A stretch of 64,000 nt of DNA from Bdellovibrionota bacterium (GTDB lineage: Bacteria > Bdellovibrionota_C > UBA2361 > CAKMMH01), in the NCBI GenBank assembly GCA_050952645.1, contig JBMNLI010000012.1, forward strand, positions 128,001 to 192,000, written 5' to 3'. Under the pieces are notes generated by a model. That model saw only the letters and a program-made list of their open reading frames with translations, made no database searches and was not told the DNA's origin. This document shows, in pieces, positions 18,801 to 29,559 of this stretch. Position 1 is the stretch's first letter, and each line of letters opens with the position of its first letter. Both the position numbers and the translations under genes were made by a program.

Positions 18801-19421
18801 ACCTCTTTTTCTATGAGCTAAAATGTCTTTTATATCGATTAAAGACCTTATTTCTTCTTGGCTGATAGTATCTATTTTCATGATTTCGTGAGATGTTCTA
18901 AATCCATCAAAGAAGTGCATAAAAGGAACACTAGCTTTTAGAGTAGCCATATGTGCTATAAGCCCCATATCCATGCTTTCTTGAACCGAGCTAGAAGCTA
19001 GCATTGCAAAGCCAGTTTGCCTGCAAGCGTAGACGTCACTGTGGTCGCCAAAAATTGATAGAGCGTGAGCTGCTAGCGTTCTTGCAGCAACGTGAAATAC
19101 CGTTGGAGTAAGTTCTCCAGCGATTTTATACATATTTGGGATCATAAGCAGTAAGCCTTGAGAGGCAGTGTAGGTTGTGCTTAATGCTCCAGCTTGCAAA
19201 GCTCCGTGCACAGCGCCTGCTGCACCTCCTTCGCTTTGCATTTCGTAAACTCTTGGAACCGTTCCAAATACATTTTTCATATTTTTTGCGCTCCATACAT
19301 CTGAAAATTCTCCCATTGGAGATGATGGAGTAATTGGATATATAGCGATTACCTCGCTTAAATTAAATCCAATATGAGCGGCTGCTTCATTTGCGTCCAT
19401 TATTGCTTTTTTATTACTCAT
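15894..19421 (-). CDS. nifJ: Pyruvate:ferredoxin (flavodoxin) oxidoreductase
   Basis: YPITPSS, EMQSEGGAAG, two CxxCxxCxxxCP ferredoxin motifs, GGDGWAYDIG. Likely start ATG at 19421. Confidence 0.98.
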   Translation of the reverse strand: MSNKKAIMDANEAAAHIGFNLSEVIAIYPITPSSPMGEFSDVWSAKNMKNVFGTVPRVYEMQSEGGAAGAVHGALQAGALSTTYTASQGLLLMIPNMYKIAGELTPTVFHVAARTLAAHALSIFGDHSDVYACRQTGFAMLASSSVQESMDMGLIAHMATLKASVPFMHFFDGFRTSHEIMKIDTISQEEIRSLIDIKDILAHRKRGLSPDNPCIRGTAQNADVFFQSREAANVYYEKTPQIVKEAMEKLEKLTGRHYDLFDYYGAKDADRILILMGSGAETAQEVVDYMNSKMNEKVGVLKVHLYRPFSVKDFIDSIPTSVKSIAVLDRTKEAGSLGEPLYLDTVAAFAESDRKVKIIGGRYGLSSKEFTPAMIKAVYDELKKENPKNHFTVGINDDLTHTSLDYDPNFRTEDESTFRGIFIGLGSDGTVGANKNSIKIIGEETDNYTQGYFVYDSKKSGGLTKSHLRFGKNKIKSIYLIDNANFVACHQFSFVEKLDVLREAAKGATFLLNAPYDKDEVWDKLPKELQQDIIDKEIEFYAINAYDVALKNGMGTRTNTIMQTCFFAIANILPKNEAIEKIKEAIKKTFGKKGDEVVQKNFKVVDESLVHLHKIDYPKEATSKITRKKAVSDKAPEFVKKVLAPMMVGDGENLKVSELPADGTFPSATTKWEKRAIALSVPEWDPEACIQCGKCSIVCPHGVIRMKAYDEAKLKDAPSGFKSCDVLDKTFPEGTKFTLQLSTEDCTGCGLCVENCPVKSKKIEGGKALNFVPFEPIREREVENWEFFNSIDYVDRSKVKHDTVKGSQLLEPLFEFSGACQGCGETPYVKLVTQLFGDRMLIANATGCSSIYGGNLPTTPYAKNKDGRGPAWANSLFEDNAEFGLGFRLAVDKKQVQAKELLLKLKSQVGESLANDILNASQETEEEITAQRARVEELKNKLKDDNSDDALELVSLSDYLIKKSVWIFGGDGWAYDIGYGGLDHVLASGQNVNVLLLDTEVYSNTGGQMSKSTPTGAVAQFAAAGKANRKKDIGLHAMSYKNVYVASISLGANDAHALKAIIEAEKHDGPSLIICYAHCIAHGINLRNGLTQQKNAVNSGHWLLYRYNPANVNEGKNPLTLDSKEPSIPLTNYIYNENRYKMLVKSNPERAEQLANVAQKNVQERFEYYKKLASM

Positions 19422-19588
19422 AAATAATTTCCTTTTTAACAAAAATAATTTAACAAAAATAAATTAAATCATAACTCATTTAAATTTTTTCATAAGTTCT
19501 TTATTTAAATTATCCTATATCATAAAATTAAAAAATTCTAGTAATCGGTAATTTAAAAAAGAATGAGATTTAATTTTATTTAAATTTT

Positions 19589-20377
19589 CTATCTAAAATC
19601 TAGCAACTCTATCTCAAAGATTAAAAGAGAATTTGGTTCGATACCACCAGTGCCATTTTCGCCGTAAGCAAGTTCAGGTTTGATATAAAACTTAAACTTA
19701 GAGCCTTTATTCATAAGTTGCACACCTTCTGTCCACCCTGCGATTACGCCTTGAAGTGGAAACTCTATAGGCTCATTTCTTTTGTAAGAGCTATCGAACT
19801 CGATGCCATCTATCGTCGTTCCTTTGTAATGAACTTTTACCGTGCTTTCTTTTGTAGGGTTTTCCCCTTTACCTTCCTTTAAAATTTCGTATTGAAGTCC
19901 CGAAGCAGTTTCTTTAACTTTTGAATTTTTCTTATTTGTTTCTAAGAATTGTCTTGCCTCTTTTAAGTTTTTTTCTTTCATTTCTTCAAAAGCTTTCATT
20001 TGTTTTTCTTGAAGTTCTTTAGTAGCAGCTTCTCTTACTCTTGTCATTTCTTCTTCAGATAAAGCTAGCGTTTTTCCCTCTAACTCATCTATTAAGCCCT
20101 TTTTAAAAAACTCTCTATCTATTTGCATAGGAATGGCTTTTAGCGATTGAGCAGTATTAACTCCAACTAAATAGCTAAATTTTTCATTATCCGTTTTCAT
20201 ACTTAACTCCTTGTCGTTTTTTGAATTTTGATCGCATGCGCAAATAGCACTACTTTCTAGTGCTATATCTTTATTGTTATATTTATTGTTATCTTTATTG
20301 CTACCTTTTTTATCTTGATTGCACGCACAAACTAATAAAACTAAAAAAACGGTAGGCAAAAGTAATGCTTTTTTCAT
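19589..20377 (-). CDS. FKBP-type peptidyl-prolyl isomerase (FkpA/Mip family), lipoprotein
   Basis: Lipobox LVCAC, TASGLQYE, VKVHYKG, FDSS, VIAGWTEG, LAYG. Confidence 0.95.
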   Translation of the reverse strand: MKKALLLPTVFLVLLVCACNQDKKGSNKDNNKYNNKDIALESSAICACDQNSKNDKELSMKTDNEKFSYLVGVNTAQSLKAIPMQIDREFFKKGLIDELEGKTLALSEEEMTRVREAATKELQEKQMKAFEEMKEKNLKEARQFLETNKKNSKVKETASGLQYEILKEGKGENPTKESTVKVHYKGTTIDGIEFDSSYKRNEPIEFPLQGVIAGWTEGVQLMNKGSKFKFYIKPELAYGENGTGGIEPNSLLIFEIELLDFR

Positions 20378-20600
20378 AATTTATACTCCTTTATCAACTT
20401 TAACTATCAACTTTAACTTTTAATCGATTTTTTATACTAATATTTTTTTTAAAACATTATTAAAAAATTTTAACAACTATATTTAAGATACTACTACATT
20501 TATTTGCATATAAAAATAGCAGAATTTCATAAGGAAGTTTTTATTTTGCAAAAAAATCAAAATAAAATTAAAATGAATTTAAAATAAATTTAAAATAAAT

Positions 20601-20924
20601 TTAAAATGAATAGGGGGAAGCTTTATTTTTCATAATTTCTAAAATTATATCTAGGTTATCATCTTTAGATACTTTATTTAATTTTTCCGCATTACATTTA
20701 AGACACTTATGAACGATATAATCTTTTCCATTTTTTCTAATAAAATCGATAGGTTCCATTAATCCAAGACAAGAGTTTTCTCTATCTCCTGGGTTTATAT
20801 CGACGTGTTTAGAGTACAGACACTTAGGGCAGTGGTTAGTATAGCCGCTTCCAATTACGTGAAACCCACAGTTTTCGCATATGAAATCTTCTTTGTTTTT
20901 TATAAACCGTTGTTTTTTAAGCAT
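20601..20924 (-). CDS. RNHCP-domain zinc-binding protein
   Basis: FICENCG, TNHCPKCLYSKHVD..PGDR..CLGLMEP, HKCLKC. Likely start 20924 rather than 21026. Confidence 0.85.
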   Translation of the reverse strand: MLKKQRFIKNKEDFICENCGFHVIGSGYTNHCPKCLYSKHVDINPGDRENSCLGLMEPIDFIRKNGKDYIVHKCLKCNAEKLNKVSKDDNLDIILEIMKNKASPYSF

Positions 20925-21241
20925 ATTTTGTTTTTTGATAAATAGTTTATTACGTAAACTAGAATATTCTATTTTATTTAGCAAAAAAAGTGAAGCATTT
21001 TCATTAGTTGTGCCGATACTAAGCATAAGCAGTAAAGCTTTTGCTACAATAGTTTTTTAATGTTTTTACTTAAAATAAAATTTAAACTAAAAACTTTAAT
21101 TAAAGATTTTTGTATTTTTGTTTGAATATAATGCTTTTTCATACTAATATAATTATATAAGTGTGTAAAATGTGTTAAAAGAAAAACTAAAAATTTATAA
21201 CTAAATAAATTATTATTAAGTAAATTTAAGGAATAAATAAG

Positions 21242-22057
21242 ATGGGATTTAATCCAGTAGATAGAGATAGAAAGATACCAACCGAGCCAAAAGCAGAACA
21301 ACAACGAGCAGGTTTAAGCGGTGTTAATATAAGTGTGCAAAATAGAGATCTAGTAAACGGCGAAACTGTATCTGTTAAGGCTAATAAGGCTAATTTAAGA
21401 CAAGATTTAAGACAAGAAAGAGCAGTAGGGGCTAAAGAAGTTAAAGCTGAAAATAAAAGTAGAAGAAGTAGGGCAATCTCTGTTTCTGTTGACAATCTTG
21501 TTAGGAACTCAAATGCAACAACGCAAGCTAATGTAAATAATAAAGACGCAAATGCTAATATAAGCGTAGAAGCACAAAATGCTTTTAAGGCTTCTGAAAG
21601 TTCAACAATTGACAGTCCTAGCAATTCAGTTTCAGAAGATAGGTTAAGAGCTTCAAATTCATTAAATGAAATTACTAATCAAGATACTTCTGTAGTAGTA
21701 GATGGGAATCTTAATATTAATAATAGCACTCCATACACAGTGGAGAATTCTAATATTCTCGGGCGATACGATGTTGTTAACAAAGATGGAACAGTTTATA
21801 CTTTAGCAAATTATAATGGACCTAAGGCTAATAGAACTGAATTGGCTATGAGTATTATTGGGGCTCTTGCAAAAGGTTATGCTAATTCTGTTATTCAAGT
21901 AGCTGCTCAAAATGTTGGTGGTCCATTAGCTGGCGCTGCAGCTAGTGTCGCGATAGATGCTACTGGTGCCACGATAAGAAGAGCTTGTCAAAGCGGTCTT
22001 TTTAAACAAGGTAATAATCAAGGCACAGGCATTAAATACATGACGACATCAGCTTAA
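21242..22057 (+). CDS. Hypothetical protein with a Gly/Ala-rich hydrophobic C-terminal segment
   Basis: AAGGA ribosome-binding site and 271-aa ORF. C-terminus VGGPLAGAAASVAIDATGA. Confidence 0.75.
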   Translation: MGFNPVDRDRKIPTEPKAEQQRAGLSGVNISVQNRDLVNGETVSVKANKANLRQDLRQERAVGAKEVKAENKSRRSRAISVSVDNLVRNSNATTQANVNNKDANANISVEAQNAFKASESSTIDSPSNSVSEDRLRASNSLNEITNQDTSVVVDGNLNINNSTPYTVENSNILGRYDVVNKDGTVYTLANYNGPKANRTELAMSIIGALAKGYANSVIQVAAQNVGGPLAGAAASVAIDATGATIRRACQSGLFKQGNNQGTGIKYMTTSA

Positions 22058-22150
22058 AGTTTTTTTAAATAGTTTTATTTTTTTATTTGATTTTAATTTT
22101 TTTAAATTTTGAGGTTATTTATTATATATTAAAAAAGGAAATAGGTTTTA

Positions 22151-22561
22151 ATGACGCTAGGCACATATACTCAAGATATATTTGACCTCGAGATACAGGC
22201 ATGGTGTTACGGATTAAAAAACTATCCTGGAGAAATTTATACAGACTTAGTTTTAGCCGTTATAGATGAGGTCACTCCCTGCTTTATAGAAGCCTTAAAA
22301 TCAAACTTACAGTTTAGCGTCGTCGATATAGCTAATAAGTTCGTAGAAGCTAGCCATTACGTAGTCGACCATTACACGATCACAAAACTTATCTGTCAAA
22401 AACTTCCTAATCCAAACGAATTAACTGATAATGCTAATGATATGGACGAATTATATTTAATAGCAAATATTCTAAGCGAAATAGAAGAACACTACGTAGG
22501 CTTTCACGCAGTGATGGAAGATTATTGGAGCCAAGCCCCGGCAGACGAAAGCGTCGCCTAA
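22151..22561 (+). CDS. Hypothetical acidic protein
   Basis: Purine-rich ribosome-binding region and globular composition. No recognised motif. Confidence 0.8.
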   Translation: MTLGTYTQDIFDLEIQAWCYGLKNYPGEIYTDLVLAVIDEVTPCFIEALKSNLQFSVVDIANKFVEASHYVVDHYTITKLICQKLPNPNELTDNANDMDELYLIANILSEIEEHYVGFHAVMEDYWSQAPADESVA

Positions 22562-22589
22562 AATTATCAAATTATTTTTGTAATCAACA

Positions 22590-22653
22590 CTTATAAATAA
22601 TCCTTATAAACAATCCTTATAAACAATCCTTATAAACAATCCTTATAAACAAT
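22590..22653. repeat. 13-bp tandem repeat (ccttataaacaat), about 5 copies
   Basis: Directly visible, no spacers. Confidence 0.9.
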
Positions 22654-22758
22654 TTGAAGCTATTTAGTCTTTTACTACATCTAATTTTAAAATTAAGAGT
22701 TTTTGTTAAAAGATATACGTAAGAAAAAATTCTTTTTTTAAAAGAGAGGTAAAGTTTT

Positions 22759-23076
22759 ATGACTAGTAGTAGTAGTAGTGATGAGTTTTCAGAGAATTAT
22801 TACGTAAGAGAGTTCTTAACTTATTATGCAGGGTTTGTGGCAAACTTAACCGACGGATTGGAAAAAGAGGCTAATGAAAATTTAAAACAATTAAATTTTT
22901 TAGATAAGAAAGCTAAAGATATATTGACTACCTCTATTTATAAAAAATTTAAAAAAAGAAAGGGAGACTTAATAAAATCATTTAATAAAAAATTAATTTT
23001 AAATTTAAATGATGATAAAATTTTAGCTGCGTTAGATAAAGCACAGCTATCACTTAAAAAATTTAATATACAATAA
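22759..23076 (+). CDS. Hypothetical protein
   Basis: GAGG ribosome-binding site, 105-aa ORF. Confidence 0.7.
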   Translation: MTSSSSSDEFSENYYVREFLTYYAGFVANLTDGLEKEANENLKQLNFLDKKAKDILTTSIYKKFKKRKGDLIKSFNKKLILNLNDDKILAALDKAQLSLKKFNIQ

Positions 23077-23173
23077 TAAAAGCTAGAATAAAATAGCTAG
23101 AATAAAATAGGTAGTGTTTAGTTTTTTCACGAATTTTAAGTAAAATTTTATTTATATAAAGGATATAAAATAT

Positions 23174-23545
23174 ATGTTATTAGCTTATACGTATAACCAT
23201 AAAATAAAACCCGATAAACCTTTTCTTGCAATAATACCCGATCGTGGATTAGATAAAGAAGCAGAGCCAGTTCCAGTAGATAAGCTTGCGATTTCAGATG
23301 CAGCCGTTTTTTATATAAGTAATCAAGAAGCCGTAAGCGTTAAAACCGAAAATGGAGGACTAGTAATAAAACCATTAGCAGGGCAACAACTATACATTAC
23401 GACTAACCTTTCAGATCGCCCAGGGATTTCTGCAAAAGAAATAAAGATAGAAAAATCTCAAGCAAAAGGAAACTATACTAGCTTTTACAAAAAAGAAAAA
23501 GACACTACTTGGAACGCTTGGACGCCTCAAAGCTTGCAAATATAA
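23174..23545 (+). CDS. Hypothetical protein
   Basis: AAGGA ribosome-binding site, 123-aa ORF with normal composition. Confidence 0.7.
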   Translation: MLLAYTYNHKIKPDKPFLAIIPDRGLDKEAEPVPVDKLAISDAAVFYISNQEAVSVKTENGGLVIKPLAGQQLYITTNLSDRPGISAKEIKIEKSQAKGNYTSFYKKEKDTTWNAWTPQSLQI

Positions 23546-23551
23546 GAGATA

Positions 23552-23730
23552 CTTATTTTTTATTTTATTTCTTTTATTTCTTTTATTTTCTTTTCTTTCT
23601 TGTTTTCTTTTATTTTCTTTTCTTTCGTTTTATTTCCTGTTTTCTTTTATTTTCTTTCTTTCTTTCTTTCTTTCTTCTTTTTTTTCTCCTTTCTCTTTCT
23701 CCTTCTCTTTTTTCTTTCTCTTTATCTTAT
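23552..23730. repeat. Polypyrimidine low-complexity tract
   Basis: About 180 bp almost entirely T/C. Confidence 0.85.
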
Positions 23731-23932
23731 TTAAAGAGTGATTATAAAGAGCAAATTATAAGGAGCAAAAAGCAATATCAAGAATAAAAACTCCTTAAAT
23801 AAATCTTGAATTTCCTATATTAATGATTACTTAAAATAGTTAGAGTGCCTAGCTTTAAGTTTAAGAGCGTTTTTTCTAAATGAGCTTAGCGTGTAAAACT
23901 AAAGAAATAAAAATAAAAAGGAAGTTTGTAAA

Positions 23933-24925
23933 TTGCAATACCAAGATTACTATAAAACATTAAATGTAGATAGAAAGGCTACGAGTGATGAAATTCAAAA
24001 AGCTTACAGAAAACTTGCAAGAAAATATCACCCCGATGTTAATAAAGAAAAAGGAGCTGAGGAAAAATTCACGCAAATAAATGAAGCTTACGAAGTTTTA
24101 AAAGACCCTGAAAAAAGAAGACTCTACGATTCTCTTGGTTCTAATTGGAAAGCTGGTCAACAATTTGGCGCTGGTGGGGCTAATAAAGGATTTGCTAACT
24201 GGCAAGATTTTATGAAAGGAGGTCAGAAAGGCTACACTTATAGGACATCTACAAATTTTGACACTGGCGGTTTTAGCGAGTTTTTTAGTTCTCTTTTTGG
24301 TGGGGGAGGCTTTAGTGGGGGAGATGGAAGTGATATCTTTTCTAATCTAGGCGGATTTTCTAAAGCTAAAAGTGGGGTAAATGCGTCAAACTATGGAAGT
24401 TCTAGCAGCGATAATAGTCAAGTTTTTGACATTTTTATAAGCGCTAAGGAATGCATCTTAGGCACTGAAAGAATCCTTACTATTACTAAAGGGGAAACGC
24501 AAAAGAAATTGAAAATAAAAATCCCTAAAGGCACTACTGATAAAAAATATATAAGGATAAAAGATAAAGATTTAGGAATTATTAAAATAAGAGTAAACGT
24601 AACGGATGATGCTAATATTTTAATTAAAGGAAAGGATATCTACTTAACGGTTCCTATCGAAGCTTACGAGGCGGCGCTAGGCACTACGCTAGAGTTTGAT
24701 TCGTTTTTTGGAAAAGTTAACGTAAAGCTTCCAGCAGGTTCGGGAAGTGGAGCAAAGTTAAAATTAAAAGGCAAAGGCATAGAAGCTAAAGATGGCGTAG
24801 GAGATTTATACATAGTAGTGCAAATTAAAGTGCCAAAATCTTTAACTAAAGAACAAAAAGAATTGTATGAAAAGATAGCTAAAATTTCAGATAATCTAGC
24901 TAAGAAAGAAAGGAGTAAATTATAA
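23933..24925 (+). CDS. cbpA: DnaJ-class co-chaperone without zinc finger (CbpA type)
   Basis: J domain with HPD, G/F-rich region, no CxxCxGxG repeats. TTG start, upstream of clpB. Confidence 0.88.
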   Translation: MQYQDYYKTLNVDRKATSDEIQKAYRKLARKYHPDVNKEKGAEEKFTQINEAYEVLKDPEKRRLYDSLGSNWKAGQQFGAGGANKGFANWQDFMKGGQKGYTYRTSTNFDTGGFSEFFSSLFGGGGFSGGDGSDIFSNLGGFSKAKSGVNASNYGSSSSDNSQVFDIFISAKECILGTERILTITKGETQKKLKIKIPKGTTDKKYIRIKDKDLGIIKIRVNVTDDANILIKGKDIYLTVPIEAYEAALGTTLEFDSFFGKVNVKLPAGSGSGAKLKLKGKGIEAKDGVGDLYIVVQIKVPKSLTKEQKELYEKIAKISDNLAKKERSKL

Positions 24926-24969
24926 AAGTTAAATTAAAAATTAAGAATTCAATTTATAAGGAATAAATT

Positions 24970-27564
24970 ATGATAAATTTAAATAACTATACGATAAAAA
25001 CTAGAGAATGCTTAGAGCTTGCGCAAAAAAAGCTCGTTAAAATGTCTCATCAAGAGCTTTCATCTGTGCATATTTTTTATGCGATGCTAGAGCAAGGCGA
25101 GGATATTATAAAAGATATTTTTGCTAAAAATAATTTAAATATAAGCACATTAAAAAGAGAAACTGAAGAACTTTTAAAAAAGATTCCAAGTGTTAAAGGC
25201 TCTTCTAAAGAACTAGATAAGATATACGTAACCTCAGAGCTTCAAAAAGTTTTTTTAGAGGCTGAAAATATTAAAAATAACTTTAAAGATGAATACGTTT
25301 CTTTAGAACATCTTTTGCTAGCAATAATAACTATAGATAATCCTATAAAAGAATATTTAAATGAGAAAGGATTAACTCAAAATAAAATTTTATCATCTTT
25401 AGAAGTGCTTAGAGGAAATCAACAAATAACATCGCAAAACCCTGAGGGTACTTATAACGTTCTAAAAAAATATGGAAGAGATTTACTAGAAGAAGCAAAG
25501 CTAAATAAACTAGAACCTATCATCGGGCGAGATGAAGAGATAAGAAGAGCAGTGCAAATTCTTTCAAGGAAAACTAAAAATAACCCAGTGTTAATAGGAG
25601 AGCCAGGGGTAGGGAAAACTGCGATAGTCGAAGGACTAGCTCAAAGAATCTTAAAAAATGAAGTCCCAGAATCTCTTAAAAATAAGACTATATTTGCACT
25701 CGATATGGGGGCGCTAGTAGCAGGGGCTAAATATAGAGGGGAGTTTGAGGAAAGATTAAAGGCGGTTTTAAATGAGGTAAAAAACTCTAATGGCAATATT
25801 ATATTATTTATCGATGAACTCCATTTAATAGTAGGTGCAGGAAAAACCGATGGTGCCATGGACGCAGGAAATATGCTAAAGCCTATCTTAGCTAGAGGGG
25901 AGCTTCACTGTATAGGGGCTACTACTTTAGATGAGTACAGAAAGTATATAGAAAAAGATAAGGCGTTAGAGAGACGTTTTCAGCCTATTATAGTAAGAGA
26001 GCCTAGCATAGAAGATACGATCTCAATCTTAAGAGGTATTAAGGATAGGTATGAACTTCACCATGGGGTAGTTATAAAAGATGCCGCTTTAATTAGTGCT
26101 GCCAAAATGTCTGCTAGATATATTGGAGATAGATATTTACCAGATAAAGCTATAGATTTAGTAGATGAGGCTTGTGCTAGAATAAGAACCGATATCGACT
26201 CTATGCCTTATGAGATAGAAGAGATAAACAGAAAAATTGTAGAGCTTCAAATAGAAGAGGTCGCTTTAAAAAGAGAAATAGAAACGGATTCGGAAAAAAG
26301 GCTAAATGAAATAAAAAAAGAATTAGAAGATTTACAGGAAAAAGCAAGTAAACTTAATACTCAGTGGAATACCGAAAAAGCTTTACTTCTCGAAGTGCGA
26401 GAGATTAAAGAAGAAATAGAAAATGTAAGGTTTGGAATTGAACAAGCACAACGCAAGTTTGATTTAGATAAAGTTGCTAAATTAAAACATGGTACTTTGC
26501 CTGAATTAAAAGCTAAGTTAAAAGAAAAAGAAGAAAAGATAGAAAATTTTGATACTAAACTTTTAAGAGAAACGGTTGGAGAAGAAGAGATAGCTAATAT
26601 AGTTTCAAAATGGACTAATATTCCATTAGATAGATTAGTAGAAACTGAAAGACAAAAACTTTTAAAACTAGAAGAAAGACTTCAAAAAAGAGTGATAGGT
26701 CAAGATGAAGCTACGAAACTAGTATCGAATGCTATAATAAGAGCTAGGTCGGGTATAAAAGACCCACAAAAGCCTATAGGTAGTTTTATGTTTTTAGGTT
26801 CTACTGGTGTTGGTAAAACTGAACTTGCTAAGGCGCTTGCAGAATGCTTGTTTGATAACGATAAAAATATAGTGCGTATAGATATGAGCGAGTATATGGA
26901 AGCTCACACGGTGTCGAAACTTATAGGAGCACCTCCAGGGTATGTGGGGTTTGATGAAGGAGGGCAACTTACGGAAGCTATAAGAAGAAATCCATATTCG
27001 ATAGTGCTTTTTGATGAAATAGAAAAAGCTCATGGTGATGTTTTAAATATATTGCTTCAAGTTTTAGATGATGGAAGATTGACCGACTCGACTGGGAAAA
27101 TAGTCGATTTTACGAATACTATCGTAATTATGACATCTAATTTGGGGGCTGAGTATTTAACGGCTGCAATTAATGGAGAAATTTCCCTAGAGAAAGCAAA
27201 AGAGAAACTTATAAAGAGTTTAAAAACGAAATTTAAGCCAGAGTTTTTAAATAGAATAAATGAGATAATAGTATTTAATCCTTTAACTAAAAATGAGGTC
27301 TTAAGTATTGTAGAAAAGATGTTAAATGAAACTAGAGTGCGTTTAAAAGATATGGATTTATCTTTAGAGGTTTCTAAAGAAGCAAAAGATTATATAGCAA
27401 AAGTTGGCTTCGACCCTATCTATGGGGCTAGACCACTTCAAAGATATATTCAAAATACTCTTGAAACTATGCTTGCTAAAACCATAGTAGCTGAGAATTT
27501 AGGAAAAGGCTCTAGGCTTTTTGTAGATGTAGAAAATAAAGAACTTAAAGTTTCTGTAAAATAA
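24970..27564 (+). CDS. clpB: ATP-dependent disaggregase ClpB
   Basis: Two AAA+ modules ([16 protein letters not shown]), long middle coiled coil, [13 protein letters not shown]. Confidence 0.97.
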   Translation: MINLNNYTIKTRECLELAQKKLVKMSHQELSSVHIFYAMLEQGEDIIKDIFAKNNLNISTLKRETEELLKKIPSVKGSSKELDKIYVTSELQKVFLEAENIKNNFKDEYVSLEHLLLAIITIDNPIKEYLNEKGLTQNKILSSLEVLRGNQQITSQNPEGTYNVLKKYGRDLLEEAKLNKLEPIIGRDEEIRRAVQILSRKTKNNPVLIGEPGVGKTAIVEGLAQRILKNEVPESLKNKTIFALDMGALVAGAKYRGEFEERLKAVLNEVKNSNGNIILFIDELHLIVGAGKTDGAMDAGNMLKPILARGELHCIGATTLDEYRKYIEKDKALERRFQPIIVREPSIEDTISILRGIKDRYELHHGVVIKDAALISAAKMSARYIGDRYLPDKAIDLVDEACARIRTDIDSMPYEIEEINRKIVELQIEEVALKREIETDSEKRLNEIKKELEDLQEKASKLNTQWNTEKALLLEVREIKEEIENVRFGIEQAQRKFDLDKVAKLKHGTLPELKAKLKEKEEKIENFDTKLLRETVGEEEIANIVSKWTNIPLDRLVETERQKLLKLEERLQKRVIGQDEATKLVSNAIIRARSGIKDPQKPIGSFMFLGSTGVGKTELAKALAECLFDNDKNIVRIDMSEYMEAHTVSKLIGAPPGYVGFDEGGQLTEAIRRNPYSIVLFDEIEKAHGDVLNILLQVLDDGRLTDSTGKIVDFTNTIVIMTSNLGAEYLTAAINGEISLEKAKEKLIKSLKTKFKPEFLNRINEIIVFNPLTKNEVLSIVEKMLNETRVRLKDMDLSLEVSKEAKDYIAKVGFDPIYGARPLQRYIQNTLETMLAKTIVAENLGKGSRLFVDVENKELKVSVK

Positions 27565-27735
27565 CTGATTTTCACGTTTTAGGTGGGGTGAAGAAAGTTG
27601 CTAGGTAAAAATTTTAAGCATTTTAAGTTAAAGCCTCTTAAAATATAAAGGAGTAAAATACCAAGAACTAAAATACAAAGAACTACAATGCGAAGAACTA
27701 CAATGCGAAGAACTAAATAGTTTAAAGATATAAGT

Positions 27736-29403
27736 TTAAGGGGCGACTTTCACATAGCTTAATTCATATTCCCTTAAATCGTGAGCAGGGTCTTTTACAG
27801 TGATTAGCTTTAAATTTTTTTCTTCAAATAATTTTGCATATATTTTAGTTTTTCTAGAGTTTTTATGTCCGATAATGGTAATGTTCTTACCAGATTGCTT
27901 TGCTAAATTTATATAATTATTTATTAGTCTCCTATTAGGAGCAGAAGGAACGTACATAACGATAGCATCCTTATTAGAGTTATTTATACTATTTATAAAT
28001 GAGCCGCCCCACTCAGTGTGTATTAAAAGAGACTGGTTTGAATAATATCTATCTAATGTATCTATAAGAGTAGGGAGTGCAAAATCGATAGGTCTACTAG
28101 GTTCTAAGTGTAAGAATTTATACGTTAAAAAACATTGAGACATGCTAAAGGTAATAATAAATATGTTTTTTATAGTATAGTTATATTTAGAAATTATTTT
28201 ATAAGAGTAAAAAATTGCGAGAAGCAAAAAAGGATAGCATAAAACCACGTGATGCATAGCCCAGCTCCTTGGTGAAGCACTAATAGTATATAAAGTCGTT
28301 AGCGTTAAAAAAATAAGAAACAAAATAAGAAGTTTTTTATTTTTATGCACTCTTTTACTAAATATAACGTATGATATAAGGAGTATTATCGGAAGCCAAT
28401 TTAAAAATGCAAACAAGTAATTAGTAGCATGATAGTTAAAAAATTCATGCGACAATGTAAGTGTAGGATCTAGAACAAATTTATGTAAAACATCAAAATA
28501 GTGCTTAGAAATCGCCTTTATATCGTATATGGCGTTAGATGGCGTATTTTTCGTAATAATTTGAAAGTAATAATTATTCCACTTGTCTTTAGCAGTAAGT
28601 AGCAAAACCGTCGGAATTAAAAAAGTAAAAAAACAAATTATCAAACCTTTAAAAATTTTACTTATCCTAGAAAAGTTTTTATATTTTATTGCATCTTTAT
28701 AAAAAGTTTTTATCATAAATAATAAAGCTAAAATACCTAGCGCAGGATAATAAAAAGAATAACTAAGTCTAATAAAAATTCCAATAAAGGCAAGTAGACC
28801 TATAATAAACGAGTATAGATATATTTTCTTACTAGAGGTGGTTATAAATAATTTTTTAAGTAAATAATAAATAATAAATATAGAAGTGCATTGAAAAGAA
28901 AGTTGACCTAAATCGTATACGTGCTGAGATGAATATTGTAAAAATAATGTAAGAAATAGAAAAACACCCCATTTGTTAAGTTTGAAAATCTTTGATATAA
29001 TTAAAGCTTGAACGCCTAGCATTAAAAAGCCGACTAATCTTACCGAAAAAATGCTTTTCCATAATAACCATACGGGAAGAAAAAAAACATTCCCAAAAGA
29101 GCCTAAATAAAGGCAGCTTCTAAGTGGTAGATAAGGGCTACTCGGAAAAAAATCTTTTAAAACCGCAAGGTCTAGCTCCGAACATATTTTCCAATAAATA
29201 GTATCCTTTGGAGCAGAGCCGTAATAATTACAACCAAAAGTCCAATATTGAATATGCTCATCCATTTCAGCTGGAATATATTTAGAAAAGTAAACTATAC
29301 TAATAACACCAAAAACTATTACAAAAATAGGGAATGAAAAATGCTTAGTAGCTGTTATAAAAACTTTTTTTAAAGATAATAAAAACTCTGAAAACTTTAA
29401 CAT
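27736..29403 (-). CDS. Polytopic membrane protein, probable GT-C glycosyltransferase
   Basis: Many transmembrane segments and an acidic pair (MDE) after the first helix. Confidence 0.6.
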   Translation of the reverse strand: MLKFSEFLLSLKKVFITATKHFSFPIFVIVFGVISIVYFSKYIPAEMDEHIQYWTFGCNYYGSAPKDTIYWKICSELDLAVLKDFFPSSPYLPLRSCLYLGSFGNVFFLPVWLLWKSIFSVRLVGFLMLGVQALIISKIFKLNKWGVFLFLTLFLQYSSQHVYDLGQLSFQCTSIFIIYYLLKKLFITTSSKKIYLYSFIIGLLAFIGIFIRLSYSFYYPALGILALLFMIKTFYKDAIKYKNFSRISKIFKGLIICFFTFLIPTVLLLTAKDKWNNYYFQIITKNTPSNAIYDIKAISKHYFDVLHKFVLDPTLTLSHEFFNYHATNYLFAFLNWLPIILLISYVIFSKRVHKNKKLLILFLIFLTLTTLYTISASPRSWAMHHVVLCYPFLLLAIFYSYKIISKYNYTIKNIFIITFSMSQCFLTYKFLHLEPSRPIDFALPTLIDTLDRYYSNQSLLIHTEWGGSFINSINNSNKDAIVMYVPSAPNRRLINNYINLAKQSGKNITIIGHKNSRKTKIYAKLFEEKNLKLITVKDPAHDLREYELSYVKVAP

Positions 29404-29436
29404 TTTAAATACTCTTAACTTAAGCTAGATAAAAAA

Positions 29437-29516
29437 CTCTTCACGCATTTTTAAGAGACTTTAAGCTCATTAAAAATATAACCTTTTAAAAAATTATTTT
29501 TAAACGTGTGAAGAAC
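29437..29516. repeat. Short degenerate MITE-family derivative
   Basis: ctcttcacgc..gtgtgaagaac inverted termini resembling the 11312 element. Confidence 0.5.
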
Positions 29517-29559
29517 TTAAATAAATAAAACAAGTCTTTAAGAATTAGCCTAGGATTTT

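Noticed and set aside
23509..23787. 92-aa Phe/Leu/Ser-rich ORF resembling a membrane peptide
   Set aside because: It is the translation of a polypyrimidine low-complexity tract, has a TTG start inside the upstream gene and lacks a convincing RBS.
23805..23862. Heat-shock regulatory site (sigma32 CTTGAA, CIRCE or HAIR) upstream of cbpA-clpB
   Set aside because: Only half-matches (CTTGAA; GAGTGCC). No matching -10 element or second arm at the right spacing.
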